Assembly (NCBI GenBank): GCA_964016885.1
Contig: OZ024740.1
Span: forward strand, 198,710,001 to 198,774,000
Direction of reading: 5' to 3'
Source: Eledone cirrhosa
Taxonomy: Eukaryota
DNA length: 64,000 nucleotides
The notes below the pieces were generated by a model that was not told where the DNA came from, searched no databases, and saw nothing but the letters and a program-made list of their open reading frames with translations. A program made the translations under genes and the position numbers. This document shows positions 1-12,554 of this stretch, piece by piece (the stretch's first letter is position 1; each line of letters opens with the position of its first letter).

Positions 1-139
1 CGGGGAACAGGACGTCTGATTGCGATTTCAGGGGCACGTAAATCTGCATATGAATGCATGGTGCTTACGACCAATTCAAAATAGTTTAGTATACGTAGAA
101 GTATGTGGCTTACTAATTTGTAGTTGTGCAACATAATTG

Positions 140-440
140 TTGTTATAGGTCAACTCCATAAGGTTTCAGCTGGCCTACTAAAAGGTTTCCTCTCTTAGGA
201 GTTTGCTCATTGTTTCAATGTCCTCAATCTATTCATGAAAATCTCCCACGTGAAGCGGAAACCAGCCATTTGCAGGAATTTACATTCACATGTGTTTGGT
301 ACTCACTTTTTCAGCTGTGAGGTATGGAGTGAGGTAAATTTAAGTGTTTTGCTCGAGGACACAACGCAAGGCTCGTTCCAGGAATGAAAACAACAACTTT
401 ATGATAGTGAGTATAACATTCTACCGTACAGGCTTCGCAC
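140..440 (-). mobile_element. Degenerate tRNA-derived SINE (second, older family)
   Basis: Contains aagtgttttgctcgaggacacaacgc followed by a decayed B-box/A-box-like region in reverse orientation; boundaries uncertain. Confidence 0.4.
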
Positions 441-545
441 TGTCATGTTACGTAACAACACGTTGCCTGGTAAGTTACAATCATGAGCACCCAACTCTTT
501 TGTCATTGTTTTTTTTTTTTCGTTTTTGTTTTGTTATACATATTA

Positions 546-710
546 TAGGAGGTGAATTGGCAGATTCATTAGAATGTCTGGTAGAATGCTTTGCAGTATT
601 CGTCTCGACTCTCTGCTCTCTGACTTCAAATTCCGTCGTGGTCAACATTGCATTTCATCCATACGAGCTAGATTAAAAAAAGTACCAGTCAAGTACTGGG
701 TCGATTCCTC
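546..710 (+). mobile_element. Degenerate copy of the dominant tRNA-derived SINE
   Basis: ggaggtgaattggcagattc...gacttcaaattcc...gcatttcatcc...aaagtaccagt matches the intact copies at 4087 and 42592. Confidence 0.7.
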
Positions 711-1337
711 CTCTATATCTCTTTCTCATTTCCTGTCTCTCATTTTCTATCTTTCTCTGGAAGAAATTTGCTGTATTGAGTTCTAGAGAGGGATGGGCAC
801 CGCCAGGTTTAAAATGCCTCCAAAACGCTGTATGTCACACGGTGCCTCTATCAGGACTTTATCAGGAGTTACGGGACCATACATAATCATTCACACACGG
901 TAGTGTGTGAATAATATTCTTAAGGTCAACTTTTTCCCAACGACAGCCACTTCTAGGTCTTGTCACTAATTCAGTTCTCAATCAAATTGCACTAGAATGG
1001 ACTCATCCCAGGCTACATTTTGTTATAAGGAAATTTAAATTTGGGTCAGTAGAAAAAAACTTACGCTAAAATATGTGGTCAAGTAGTGGGGGATAAGGCC
1101 CTTCATTGATTTTGACTCATTATAACTTTTTAAATCTCGAATATAATTTCATGCTACCTATTCCATTAGATAGAACTCGAGAACCTGAATCGAAATTTGT
1201 CAATATTGAAAAGATTGGTGCCTTAGAAATCGAGTTGTGTGACTTTAAGTGACGAAATCAGATGAATAGTAACGGTAAGGGACATAATTCTAGTATAAAT
1301 CCATCGTAGCTGTACTAAGTAGTTTCCCTTAATTATA

Positions 1338-2476
1338 GTTATTCACAAAAGGCTTGATGAAATTGTTGGAGATCCCCCCAAAATGGCATATCCTTTTGGA
1401 AAAATGAATCTTCTTTTGTTTGGTGATTTGATGCAATTGCCACCTGTAAATGAAAAACCAGTATTTTCTAGAATTTCATCATATGATGCCAAAAGAACAG
1501 AAATTGGCATTAGTGAGCATTCATTGTGGAAATACTTTCAATGTGATGAGCTAACCATTAATATGAGACAAAAAAACGACAAAGACAACTAAGTTGATAT
1601 TTTGGGAAGAATTAGGATTGGTTCCCCATCAGACTCTGATATTAGCATTCTTAAAAAAAGATGCCTATTTCATGATAGAAAAGCATCTGTTGAAGAAATT
1701 GCTAAAATATTGATTGAATTGTATTCTATTCCTGAATGTGTATGCATTTTACCTTTGAATGAAGCTGTTGATGAGTTGAATAATGAAACGATTAAAAAAT
1801 GCAACATAAATGCAGTGAAACTTGCTGCAAAAGATTCTGGTATGAGACAAGTAAATGGAAGAAAACTAAAAAATGTTGAAAAAGGCAAAAACAAGAAAAC
1901 CTCTGATACTGCTGGACTAAGAACATTGCTAAATGTTGGAATTGGAGCAAGAGTGATGTTGAAACGAAACATTGATGTAGATCAAGGTTTATGCAATGGT
2001 GTTATTTGAACAGTTATTGAATTAATTGGGAATGGAAGCAATGTTGACAAAATGTTGGCGTCTGTTGATACCAAAAAGGACAAACCCATTTCCATTGGAA
2101 GAGTTCAAGCAGACTATAACATTTCTCCTGGTGTTTTTGTCACCAGAACACAATTTCCATTGTCTCTTGCTTACTCTATAACAATTCACAAATCACAAGG
2201 AATTTCTGTGGATAGAATAATTGCTGATTTAGGAAATCATATATTTTCTGATGGTCAAGCTTATGTGGCCCTTTTAAGAACCAGAAAACTTTGCAATGTG
2301 ACTTTGATCCAAGATCATTGATCATGGTTGACAGATCTGCATGGAAAGAGTACAACAAACTACGGGCTAGTGCTGGAAGAGCAGATTTTCCTCCATTGCC
2401 ACTTGCAGGGAAAAGCATCCTTGCATGGCAAATGCTTCTAGCATGCCCAAGAAAAGAACTAAAAGACTTGACTTAA
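1338..2476 (+). pseudogene. PIF1-family helicase C-terminal half of a Helitron/Helentron-like transposon, disrupted by stops and frameshifts
   Basis: Motifs IHKRLDEI, PFGKMNLLLFGDLMQLPPV, ELTINMRQ, RIRIG, GARVMLKRNIDVDQGLCNG, RTQFPLSLAYSITIHKSQG, GQAYVAL in successive ORFs 1383-2321. Confidence 0.9.
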
Positions 2477-2477
2477 T

Positions 2478-3389
2478 TTGGAAGAAAATTCAAACCAACC
2501 TGCCAAAAAGAAGAAAAGAAAAGAAAACAGCCAAACTAAACATCAATTGATCAACCAAAGAAATGCTTGCTTTGCAAATTCAGCTGTGCAATCACTGAAT
2601 CAATTGCCTGAATTTGTAGAGTATTTGCATAATTTTAACAACATGAATGGAGTATATCAAGATTTAAGCAATATCATTTTTAATAATCATAATAATGTCT
2701 CTAAGTTAAGAAGAAGAATTGGAGGAAGATTTCATGATAGAAATCAGAAATGTGCTCATGAATTTTGGAAAGAACTCTCTCTCTCTCTACATTTGGACTT
2801 GGTATTTAGAGAAAAACTTCAATTTATTCAAGCTGATCATACTAGATACATCCGATTGCATCAAACAAATTGCCAAGCTTTAAATAACAATGTTTGCAAT
2901 TGTAATTCAAGACCTGGATGTGGTATAGAATCTGAACTTCCATTTCAAATAAAAGAGGATTTGATATTAAATCCTATTAATGGTACACAATAATTTAAAT
3001 CTCTACTTTCAACAACAGATACTTTGACTAAATACTGTGATACTTGTTCTGAAAATACTGAGCATCAAATAACTTCTAGAATTGAATTTACTAACGATTT
3101 CAAATATCTTGTCATCTCAATTAGTAGATTTTTGATTCATAATGAAGGAGAACAAAGAATTAATTGTGATATTATGAACTTTAGCTAAAAAAGCAGCAAA
3201 TATGTGGCACAAATTTCACATTAAAAGCTGCTATTCTTCATGAAGGAGTATTATCTAAGATTACTTGTCTGGTAAAAAGTGGTGCTGAAAATTGTGATGA
3301 AATTAGTGACAACATTATAAAAAAAAAGGCACAATAAAGTTCCTCCTAAGTTAGCTAATGCGGTTGTATTGTTTATGGACAACATTTAG
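2478..3389 (+). pseudogene. USP/peptidase C19-like cysteine protease domain following the helicase, disrupted
   Basis: Cys-box NQRNACFANSAVQSL, QKCAHEF (QQDAHEF-like), CDTC, YLVISISRF, AAILHEG near the expected His-box; preceded by basic NLS-like PAKKKKRK. Confidence 0.7.
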
Positions 3390-3395
3390 ATTTTT

Positions 3396-3650
3396 TTATT
3401 TTGGACTATTATCTTGGACTACCAACTTATAATTAGGACTACTGTTAATTCTGGACTACTTCATTTTGTTTTGGACTACTTGCTGATTATTTGGGACTAA
3501 ATGCTGATTCTGGACTACTTAATTTTATTTTTGACTACTTGCTGCTTATTTTGGACTAAATGCTGATTTTCGACAACATAATTTTATTTTGGACTAAATG
3601 CTAATTCTGGAATACTTAATTTATTTTGGACTAACTGCTAAATTGTTAAA
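3396..3650. repeat. Minisatellite of about 20-nt ttattttggact(ac/aa) units downstream of the Helitron-like ORF
   Basis: More than ten imperfect copies containing tggacta/tttgacta. Confidence 0.8.
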
Positions 3651-4086
3651 TTTGAGCTCAGTGTTTATTGGCATTTTATTTATTTACTACTTAATTTTAT
3701 TTATTTTTGACTCAGTTATTTAAATTGCTTGTTTTTCTAGCATCTTTAATAACTTCACTTGTTAAGTTAAACTCTAAATTGATCATAAGAGTATAGTCAA
3801 TTATAGCTTTGTCTCTATGGCACACCTGAAGGCTTGTAGGAAGGGTGTTCAAAAAGGCAAATGTCTCTATTGATTATATTCTACAAAATACCTTTTCAAT
3901 TTTAATATTTTGGATTTTATAGAAATATTGAAATGTTAAATTAATTTTTATTAATGAAAAAAGGATTGTAAACGCCTTAGCAAATGGTCAAGGTAATTTA
4001 AATAAAATAATTTGCTGTAATGCCTTAAAAAAAGGGGACTAGACCTAAAAATGCGGGCGCATGTGTATTAACATTTTTAAATAATA

Positions 4087-4270
4087 ATTGTTTCTACTTT
4101 CGGCACAAGGCCAGCAATTACCCAGTACATTACTGGTACTTTATTTTATCGACCTTGTAAGGATGAAAGGCAAAGTTAACCTTAGCGGGATTTGAACTCA
4201 GATCGTAAATGGACGTAACTATGCTGGAAAGCATGTCGAGCGCTCTACCAACTCTGCCAATCCACCGCCC
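4087..4270 (-). mobile_element. Full-length tRNA-derived SINE (about 185 nt)
   Basis: Minus strand shows A-box TGGCAGAGTTGGTAG, B-box GAGTTCAAATCCC, body gcctttcatccttac...gtcgataaaataaagtaccagt and tail agtagaaacaattatt. Confidence 0.9.
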
Positions 4271-6371
4271 TGTATATTATATATTATATATATATTATAA
4301 TATTTTATATTATAATATTCTTAAATAATAATAAACCTGGGAAAGTACAGGACAAGTAAAATATTGAAGCTGAAATTTAAATTTGATGAATTAAATGTAC
4401 AATAATAAGCCTATGACATCACACTTAATCACAAGGAGATGAAGGTTGTTAAGGTGGCATGGAACAGGACGTTTCGGTGCAGGCATTTCTGTGCCAGCGT
4501 TTTGGGATTGGCATGTGGAATGGTCATTCCTAGCTCTTTCATGGATATATTTAGAATAAAACAAGAATGACCTAAAGACAATCAAGATAATTTTTTACTT
4601 TAATTATTAATTAAATAATTAGAAACGATCTAGAAATCACCTTGATTCATTAGGAATGGCCTAGTTAATCTTTGGTGCTAATCTCTAAAAGATAGTCTCT
4701 GCTTTCCTCATAAGAAAGGAACAGTAATCCAGCTTATTAATCAGAATGATATCGCACTTGATCACTGAATTTTCTTTTTGAAATATAGTTGGCTATCTCT
4801 AATTGTCACTCAAAGGAACTGTAAAAATGATTGACAATTACGGAGAGTCACAAAAAATAAAAGTTGGGCCAAAAATGGCGCTGACAATTAGGGAGAGTCA
4901 ACTGTAATTCGATCTTGACAGATTTTGGCTTAACTTTTTTTAAAATGAAATTAGATTAATAATTTTAATATGATGACAATTTATGCAAAATTTAGCTCAT
5001 TACTTTTTACTATTAATTTCAATTAATTTTAATGTCAATTTTTAAAGTAATACAGTATAATTAACCCACTAAAGGGACAAAAACAGGGACAACTTAGCTT
5101 GAATGGACTGACAATTTATGTACAAAAGATTGATGACATTAATTGCATTTGGTTGGCAAAATGGTGATTGCTGACTTAGGCAAACTGATGACTTAATATC
5201 TAATAAATCCCCTAATTCATTATTATTTCTTATTATCTCTTGGCATTGCTAATTTTACTGTACATTGAATTCATCAAATTCAAATTCCGCATTTTTCGGT
5301 CTAGTACATAACATTACTTCAAGAGGTCAGCATTCTCAATCTGGGGACTACATTACTACCTTACGGATGCACGTGTCTGTGTAATGCAACATGTCAGAAT
5401 CGACAGTAGCCCTGCAACATCTCTACGAAGCAACTAACAGGGTTCCTCTTCTTCATAATTGACAGAATCTTGACGGATTAAAATGTTAAATTTTTGATTA
5501 AAATCTAAACATAATATAAAACAAGTAAAACAGAATAATAGTTAACAAATAATCATAAATGACTAGTTATAAATGATCAAATGGTCGTGACTTCTTCAGT
5601 TCTTAGAGTGTAAAATATTAATGTTTTCCTCTTTTAAGCGTTACGTGTGAATATACTTTTTATGTCGTTATATATAGCAATTTAAATTATTATTTGAGAT
5701 ATCAATGTTGTTAAATATGAGTTCGTTTTGGTGCAGCCAATAAACATATTGAATCTAGTTTTATGTTATTTCAACGTTTATCTTTCAGCTATTAAAATAA
5801 TTCTAAAAGTACATGATTATACCAATTCTATATTCAATAATAGATGATGGGGAACTGCACGTGATTGTTCGATTTGTTAGAAAAACAGTCAAATAGTGTT
5901 TCCCTTTCAGCTATTCCAAAACAATTGTAAAATAAGTAACTTTAATTACACGACCAATTCCAAAACAATTTTCAATATGAGCTAATGTCAGAGTCTCTAC
6001 GCGCTTGCACGATCTGCTAAAAATAGCAGTGAAGTATTATTAAATGCCATACATTATCGTTTTAAAACTGAAAAAATGTTATGCACAGTATTTCTAGATA
6101 CACCAACTAACAAAATTGTCATGTCTAGAATGGTTTCACTGATACGCGTGTTAAGTCGACCATACCTAAACAACAATGACGACTTATTTCCATAAAATTA
6201 AATATGAACTCATCGCTTGTACTATGATCAGATTATTTTACGATGATAGCAAACAATCTAAACATATAATCGCATGCAATCGACAATGATTCAAATAATT
6301 GTGATTTTTAAAACAGACACCGAGTATTGAACACAATATCCAACTGGTATTTATTTCATAAATATTGCAAT

Positions 6372-6472
6372 AATTGTTTCTACATTTGGCACAAGGCCAG
6401 CAATACCCAAGTGCATTACTGGTACTTTATTTTATCGACCCCGTAAGGATGAAAGGCAAATTTAACCTCGGC
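6372..6472 (-). mobile_element. 5'-truncated SINE copy
   Basis: 3' half of the same SINE consensus. Confidence 0.85.
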
Positions 6473-7859
6473 AATGAACACAAAGTCGACTTTGACTGGA
6501 TTTAACTTTACACATTACCAGCAACACTAATATACGCGCCACAGCACCATTCCTAATATAGTAAAATTACCATAATATTCATATAGTCAATGATAGACGG
6601 CGTATTTGTAGAGTCTTTATGACATCAGATAATATGATTTGGTCTTTGATCGGCATAACTCCGCTCCGAGCTCAAATCTCGCTGAGGTCCACATTAGTTT
6701 TTTTATTTAAATTTCAAATCGACAACTCAACTCCCAGGACAAGGGAGTGAGTTGATGGGATATGTATCGAATCGACAAGATCATGTACCAGTACCTAATT
6801 ATGCGGTTTGCATTCTGATTTCAAACTTTTCCTTTCAGAATTTGCAACTAGCAGATATGAGCTTGCAAATAGAAGTACACATACACACACACGCACACAC
6901 ATATATGTATATATATGTATATACATTGTCATATGCAATGTAAACAGTATTGCATAGACAAATAAATATTTGGTTGAGTTTTTTAATCGATTGTAGACAT
7001 CATACGATTGAGTAAATATCAATAAGGTATTTATCGACAGTTGTCTGATGTTTAATATCGATACAGATGTAGCTTCGGCTGAATCTTTGTATGACTGTAT
7101 AGTATGTAATCCTATTTAAATTAAATATATCAAATATGTCATTGACACTGTAACTTGACAAGAGGAATGTAATATGCACTAATTATATTTTAAACCAATA
7201 TAAACAGACTTCCAAACTCAACAGACGGTGCGACACTTTCAAAGTTATACCCATATCGACAGAGGAGATAGCTCCATGTTATGAAGTGAAATGTCACAGA
7301 GTGTGTAAAGAAACTGAGAGTGTGATATAAATTTAATATAGTTGATTTGCATTGCATCTGTTTCATGCGTGACTCAATTCAAAACAGGAGAAGATTATAT
7401 AATTCCTGTAACGACAGATTTCCACCCAGTAATCATGGGCTCTTCAGATGAATATATATTTCGCCGAATAAAAGCCCAGGTGGATTCCTTTTCAGTGCTT
7501 ATGTTTATACTCACTGAAGACCTCGTGATCGCGGATACAAATCCCATCCTTAAAGCTGCACTGTCCAATTGGTATCGAATTTGAGGTAAATGACAAGTGA
7601 AAAGAATATAAACATATGTTAAATTGACATCCCACACTTTATATATATATTTGCTTTTTCAAATTTTGATTATTATCTTCCTAGTTATGTATACATATAT
7701 GTTATGGGAACGGGAGGAGACCTATTCAAATAATTTATTGACAACGTTAATGATAGAACTACGTAAACCATTTTATATGGAAAGGACGTCTACAGGACTG
7801 AAAGTTTTTCTTTCTCCTGAATATAATATATGTTTATATATACATATATATATATAAAC

Positions 7860-7941
<82 letters not shown>

Positions 7942-8052
7942 TATTTTGTAATATGTAAACAAAAATCTATATACTATAATATGTAAACAAAAATCTACAG
8001 ACATTTTGTGCGTTCGAAAAGATGAAGTTGTTGAACTATTTATTTATGAAAT

Positions 8053-8102
8053 AATTTATTCCGATGAGTCCCAGGAAAATGAAACAATTGTAAATCAAAT
8101 TA
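8053..8102 (+). ncRNA. Decayed minimal type I hammerhead ribozyme
   Basis: AUU-CCGAUGA(U4C)-weak stem II-GAAAC-AAUU-GUA-AAU with palindromic stem III ACAAUUGU. Confidence 0.45.
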
Positions 8103-8163
8103 TTATTTATATAAGTGTTTGGTAGCATATTTTAATTAATAATTTGCTCCACGTGTAAATAAT

Positions 8164-8379
8164 GGTTTCTTGTATAGTTACAATGCCAGCAATTTGGTGG
8201 GTGGGAAAAGTGGCTTAACTCGACCCCAGGGCGTGACTGGCACTTTATTTTATCGACTCCGTTATGATGAAAGGCAAAGTTAACGTCGACGCGATTTGAA
8301 GTCAGATCATAAAGGGCTGTAACACTATTCTGCAAAGCATGGCGTCCGATCATCTACCGATACTGCCAATCCACCGCCC
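8164..8379 (-). mobile_element. Full-length SINE variant
   Basis: Matches the SINE consensus with a longer 3' part; flanked by duplicated acgtgtaaataa. Confidence 0.85.
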
Positions 8380-8589
8380 TTCAACGTGTAAATAACCTAA
8401 CACAGTAGGAGTTCATATAATTTTGAAATAATAAGTTGCATCTTGAGCTGATATAGCTTTTCCACCAACACCTTTCCAGCTTTTATATTTGAAAACGAAT
8501 TTCTTTATATGAATATATATATATATAAATGGAATAAAATGAAACGAAATTTTATTTCTCACCCTTGTACGGCACTTACTTTAATGTAA

Positions 8590-9212
8590 GTATGTATGTA
8601 TGTATACGTACATACATATATGTATACAGACGTACAGTAGTATGTATATATATACATACATGCACACATATATATATGCACGTATCGGTTTACCGAACAT
8701 TTATTATAATGCTCGGTTTGTTTGTTTGTAAACAAACAATAGCCTGAATTACGCCGTACAGTGTTTAGGCAACCACGTCACCTTTTTGTTCAACACTGAC
8801 ACAGGAACGATGTACTAGTTTCAAGCTTATTAGCTATCGTCAGCATCGTATACCTTCCTGCCAGATGGTTGAACGTCTGAAAGTATATACTTTCCTTGTG
8901 CATATTAACGGCTGAGCAGCCTAATTTTCATATCGAGTAAGTTCAGTCGGCAGGGCACACCGAAAACGATAAATGGAATAGAATAGAATGAATGGAATGG
9001 AATAGTACATCGTTCCTGTGTCAGTGTTGAACAAAAAGATGACGTGGTTTCCTAAAACACTGTACGGCGTAATTCGGGCTGTTTGTTTACAAACAAACAA
9101 ACCGAGTATTATAATAAATGTTCGGTAAACCGATACGTGCATATATATATGTGTGCATGTATGTATATATATACATACTACTGTACGTCTGTATACATAT
9201 TTATATGTACGT

Positions 9213-9220
<8 letters not shown>
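8590..9220. mobile_element. Non-coding two-armed (foldback) Penelope-type/retrozyme insertion
   Basis: About 8600-8817 is the reverse complement of 9003-9215; carries an HHR; bounded by TA-rich tracts. Confidence 0.8.
8807..8849 (-). ncRNA. Minimal type I hammerhead ribozyme
   Basis: ACGAUG CUGACGA U-AGCU-AAUA-AGCU-U GAAAC UA GUA CAUCGU: 6-bp stem I, intact core, palindromic stem III ACUAGU. Confidence 0.9.
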
Positions 9221-9253
<33 letters not shown>

Positions 9254-9256
<3 letters not shown>

Positions 9257-9831
9257 ATGGAAATCCGCTTGGATTTCCCGTTTATTCTGGAGCATGAATC
9301 CGCGGTAAAGGCACATATAATAAGTACAGCGAAGTTTTTAAAATTCTTTTTCTCTATTTGCTACACCTCGATTTTATATGTTATGGCTGGTTAATTTATT
9401 AACCCGCCATAGACCGACATTGGCATACGGTTGGATAATACATGTTTCCCTATATGCACTTTTACACGTAGGAATTCATACTTTATTATTATTGATCTCC
9501 CCCTAAGGTAGAGATAAAATGTTGGCCGTTTGGACTGCTGCTATTTCTAGTGCCTTTTGTCTTTGCACACGACACCAGACACAATTATTTCTTTCATAAT
9601 CCGCTCTCATTTTGGAATGGTTTTGTATGGCGTCAGTTTGTGATGTGAACTCGGGAATTTTATATTCTCCGAGGGAGAAGAGCCTTCTGAAGATTGCTCC
9701 CTTCTCAATGGAAATGCGCTTGTATTTTCCGTTTATTCTGGAGCATGAAACCGCTGTAAAGGTACATATAGTAAGTACAGCGAATATTTAAAAATTTATT
9801 TTAAAACTTTTTCTCTATCTGCTAGACCTCG

Positions 9832-9836
<5 letters not shown>
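9254..9836 (+). mobile_element. Partial-tandem non-coding element (451-nt period) with a decayed hammerhead
   Basis: 9254-9378 is repeated at 9705-9836; the first copy has GAAA-UCC-GCUU-GGA-UU stem III; (TA)n on both sides. Confidence 0.65.
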
Positions 9837-9895
<59 letters not shown>

Positions 9896-9936
9896 TTAAA
9901 ATAATGAAATAAAAAAATCAAGTCATTACAGATATA

Positions 9937-10082
9937 CTTCACTGCATTACGATCGTTTCTAGATGATGATAATACATTGTAGGTATACTCAGTAATTGAT
10001 CTATCTAAGGTTAGTTACAAATTATCAGATAAAGAGAATATTTACATACATGCATATCACCAGCTGTTTTCAAAATCAATAA
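9937..10082 (-). ncRNA. Long-stem-II type I hammerhead, U3-A8 core variant, partly decayed
   Basis: UUGAAAA-C...UCUA-GAAAC-GAUC-GUA; same architecture as the HHRs at 42014 and 50695; imperfect stem I. Confidence 0.55.
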
Positions 10083-11344
10083 GAATTTTATTCAATAATG
10101 ATTTTTTCGGAACTAGTAGTATGTTAGTATCATGTCCTTATTTGGAGCTGGTTGAAGAACTAAGGAATCAAATTGTCTTTTCATATGGTGTTAAGATGAA
10201 AAGTAATATACTTTAGTTGAGGTCACGACCCTTTGAAAGGAATGGTTGAAGGGTGTTAATAGTGGATTTGGCATACCAATCTACTAGGAGGAAAGGGATT
10301 GTCAAACTGATAGTTGAATGTATCTGGTATAGTGAATTTAAAAGGAATGTCAAAATAAATGGCGATTAGTGTTGTATTGAGTTTTAACGTGAATATAAAT
10401 TAAGGTTATGGCTAGGAAAGATAGTATATTAAAAGATGAAAATTATAATAAGATAATGAAATACAGTAATGCGATTATACAATTTAACCAACACAATATA
10501 GTCCTCTGTGGTAAATTGCATTTAGTATAATATATTATATGATGCGCTCTAAAATACTATCAAGTATGTTAATGCATAAATAATCAAACTCAGATAAATA
10601 CATGTTGGCATAGTTAAAACACATAAATTTCATAGATTACAAAATGCATATACCCATAATATATATAGAGTGAGGTACTGTTAAATTGATATCCAACCAA
10701 AATATTTGATGAACGTGTCTTAGCATAGCATTAATAAAATATATGAATAAACGGTATATTCGTATGATCTATACTATAGATAGCAATAGTTATGACCTTA
10801 CACAGCCTATTACGTATTACCTGTAACATAGTAATAGTGATTTTTCTTCGTAATTATATAGCGTGATTCCAAACATTACAAACAACAAAATCTTTGCTCC
10901 ATACTCATATAACATTTCTGCCGAATTATTATAATTATGATACTATTAATAATAATTATTCCCTTTTGGGGTCATGAAATCTTGATGGCGTTGGTGAAGC
11001 CGTTTTAACATTCGTTGCATTTCATTTTTAAGTCTGGCATTGGTGAACCCAAGGTTACAGAAGAAACTAGCTCATGGTTTCACACAGTGCGACTGAACCA
11101 AAACACCTGTGATTACATAATGAGCTTCTTAACTAAATAGCCATACTTCTATATTTATGGTCAAAATAAAGGATTAAGTATTTACATATTGGACATTGAA
11201 ATTGCAGAGCTTCACAGTCTAAAATAAGAATGTAACAGTTTCCAATAATTCATATTGCAAACATAAAAGTATTAAAATAATAATAAAATTTCGCTTCACA
11301 TGTATCATCTCAATTAAATGCAGTAAACTGTCTCAACATGATAC

Positions 11345-11454
11345 CTTATATGCATAGTGGAATGTCCATCCAGGAATATATGCGTCGTAGAGACGCCACA
11401 GTGACATTTAACCTGGCAGGGCTCACCATTTCCAGGTCTGAACACAGCTGATTT
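11345..11454 (-). pseudogene. Possible decayed exon encoding an EGF-like (MEGF-type) repeat
   Basis: Pyrimidine tract + cag acceptor, AAG/gtatca donor; GEPCQVKCHCG in one frame, PGWT and PLC in others. Confidence 0.3.
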
Positions 11455-12332
11455 CTGTGAGAGGATATGCAATGGAGAGCGCACAAGATAGACGAAATGA
11501 GAAAGAGATGAGTGGAAGAAACAATCTCAGTTTTGAACTAGTACTTCATTTATTGACTTCGAAGGATCAAAACTAAAATTGACTTCGAAGGATCAAAACT
11601 AAAATTGACTTTCGAGAGATTTGAACTCTGATCGCAGGGTGAAAGAACGTATACAGCAACATTTTCTATTCGATATTCTACCAAATCTGACCATTCCTTT
11701 CCTTAAAACGGAACGTACTTAGAATTAATTAAAAAGATATTTAAAAACATTTTTTTATACATTTCTCTTTTTTCACATAATAAGAGGTGCAATACGCATG
11801 ATTGAGATGAAAATTGATTGTTTTGGAATGAATTACAATACATCATGATAACAGATATAACACTCTATAGGTATCTTTTAGACATGAATCAATGTAACAT
11901 TGGTGGTTATTTGAATGTGACCATGTTTCTAATATTAAATTCTCTTGGAAATTTCATTTAGTTTATTAAAATTCAGACTATAATAACTTATAATCAACGT
12001 GATTAGATTTAATTTGTAAATAAAGTAGAATATGGAATATATAATATTTAATTAAACTTTCAAACAAATAATTCTATTTTCTTATCTATCATAGCTGCCC
12101 TCTTATAATTAACTTGAGAATATTTCTAACGTATAACTTCATGTGCTTTTTATCGCTTTCTTTCTCTTTAACTGTCATTCCTCTAAATCACTCTTTAGAT
12201 CTTTTTACTCTAACCTCTTTATACCAAGCCTCCTGCAAATAACACCTAGTTATTTTTCTACATTTTCATTTTTATAATTTCGTACAAAAATATAATCTAT
12301 ACCGAATACTGGAATATAAGGAATATAATAGT

Positions 12333-12554
<222 letters not shown>

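Noticed and set aside
3396-3650. Short repeats with variable spacing resembling a CRISPR array
   Set aside because: Imperfect AT-rich minisatellite in eukaryotic DNA, with no unique spacers or cas genes
5365-5430. Cys-rich reading YGCTCLCNATCQNRQ*PCN on the plus strand
   Set aside because: In-frame stop, no clear splice sites and too short to distinguish from chance
7390-7460. HHR-like CUGAAGA-GCCCA...UGGGU-G-GAAA on the minus strand (and ctgaaga at 7516 plus)
   Set aside because: Extra base before GAAA, no UH triplet in register and no convincing stem I; at best a very decayed relic
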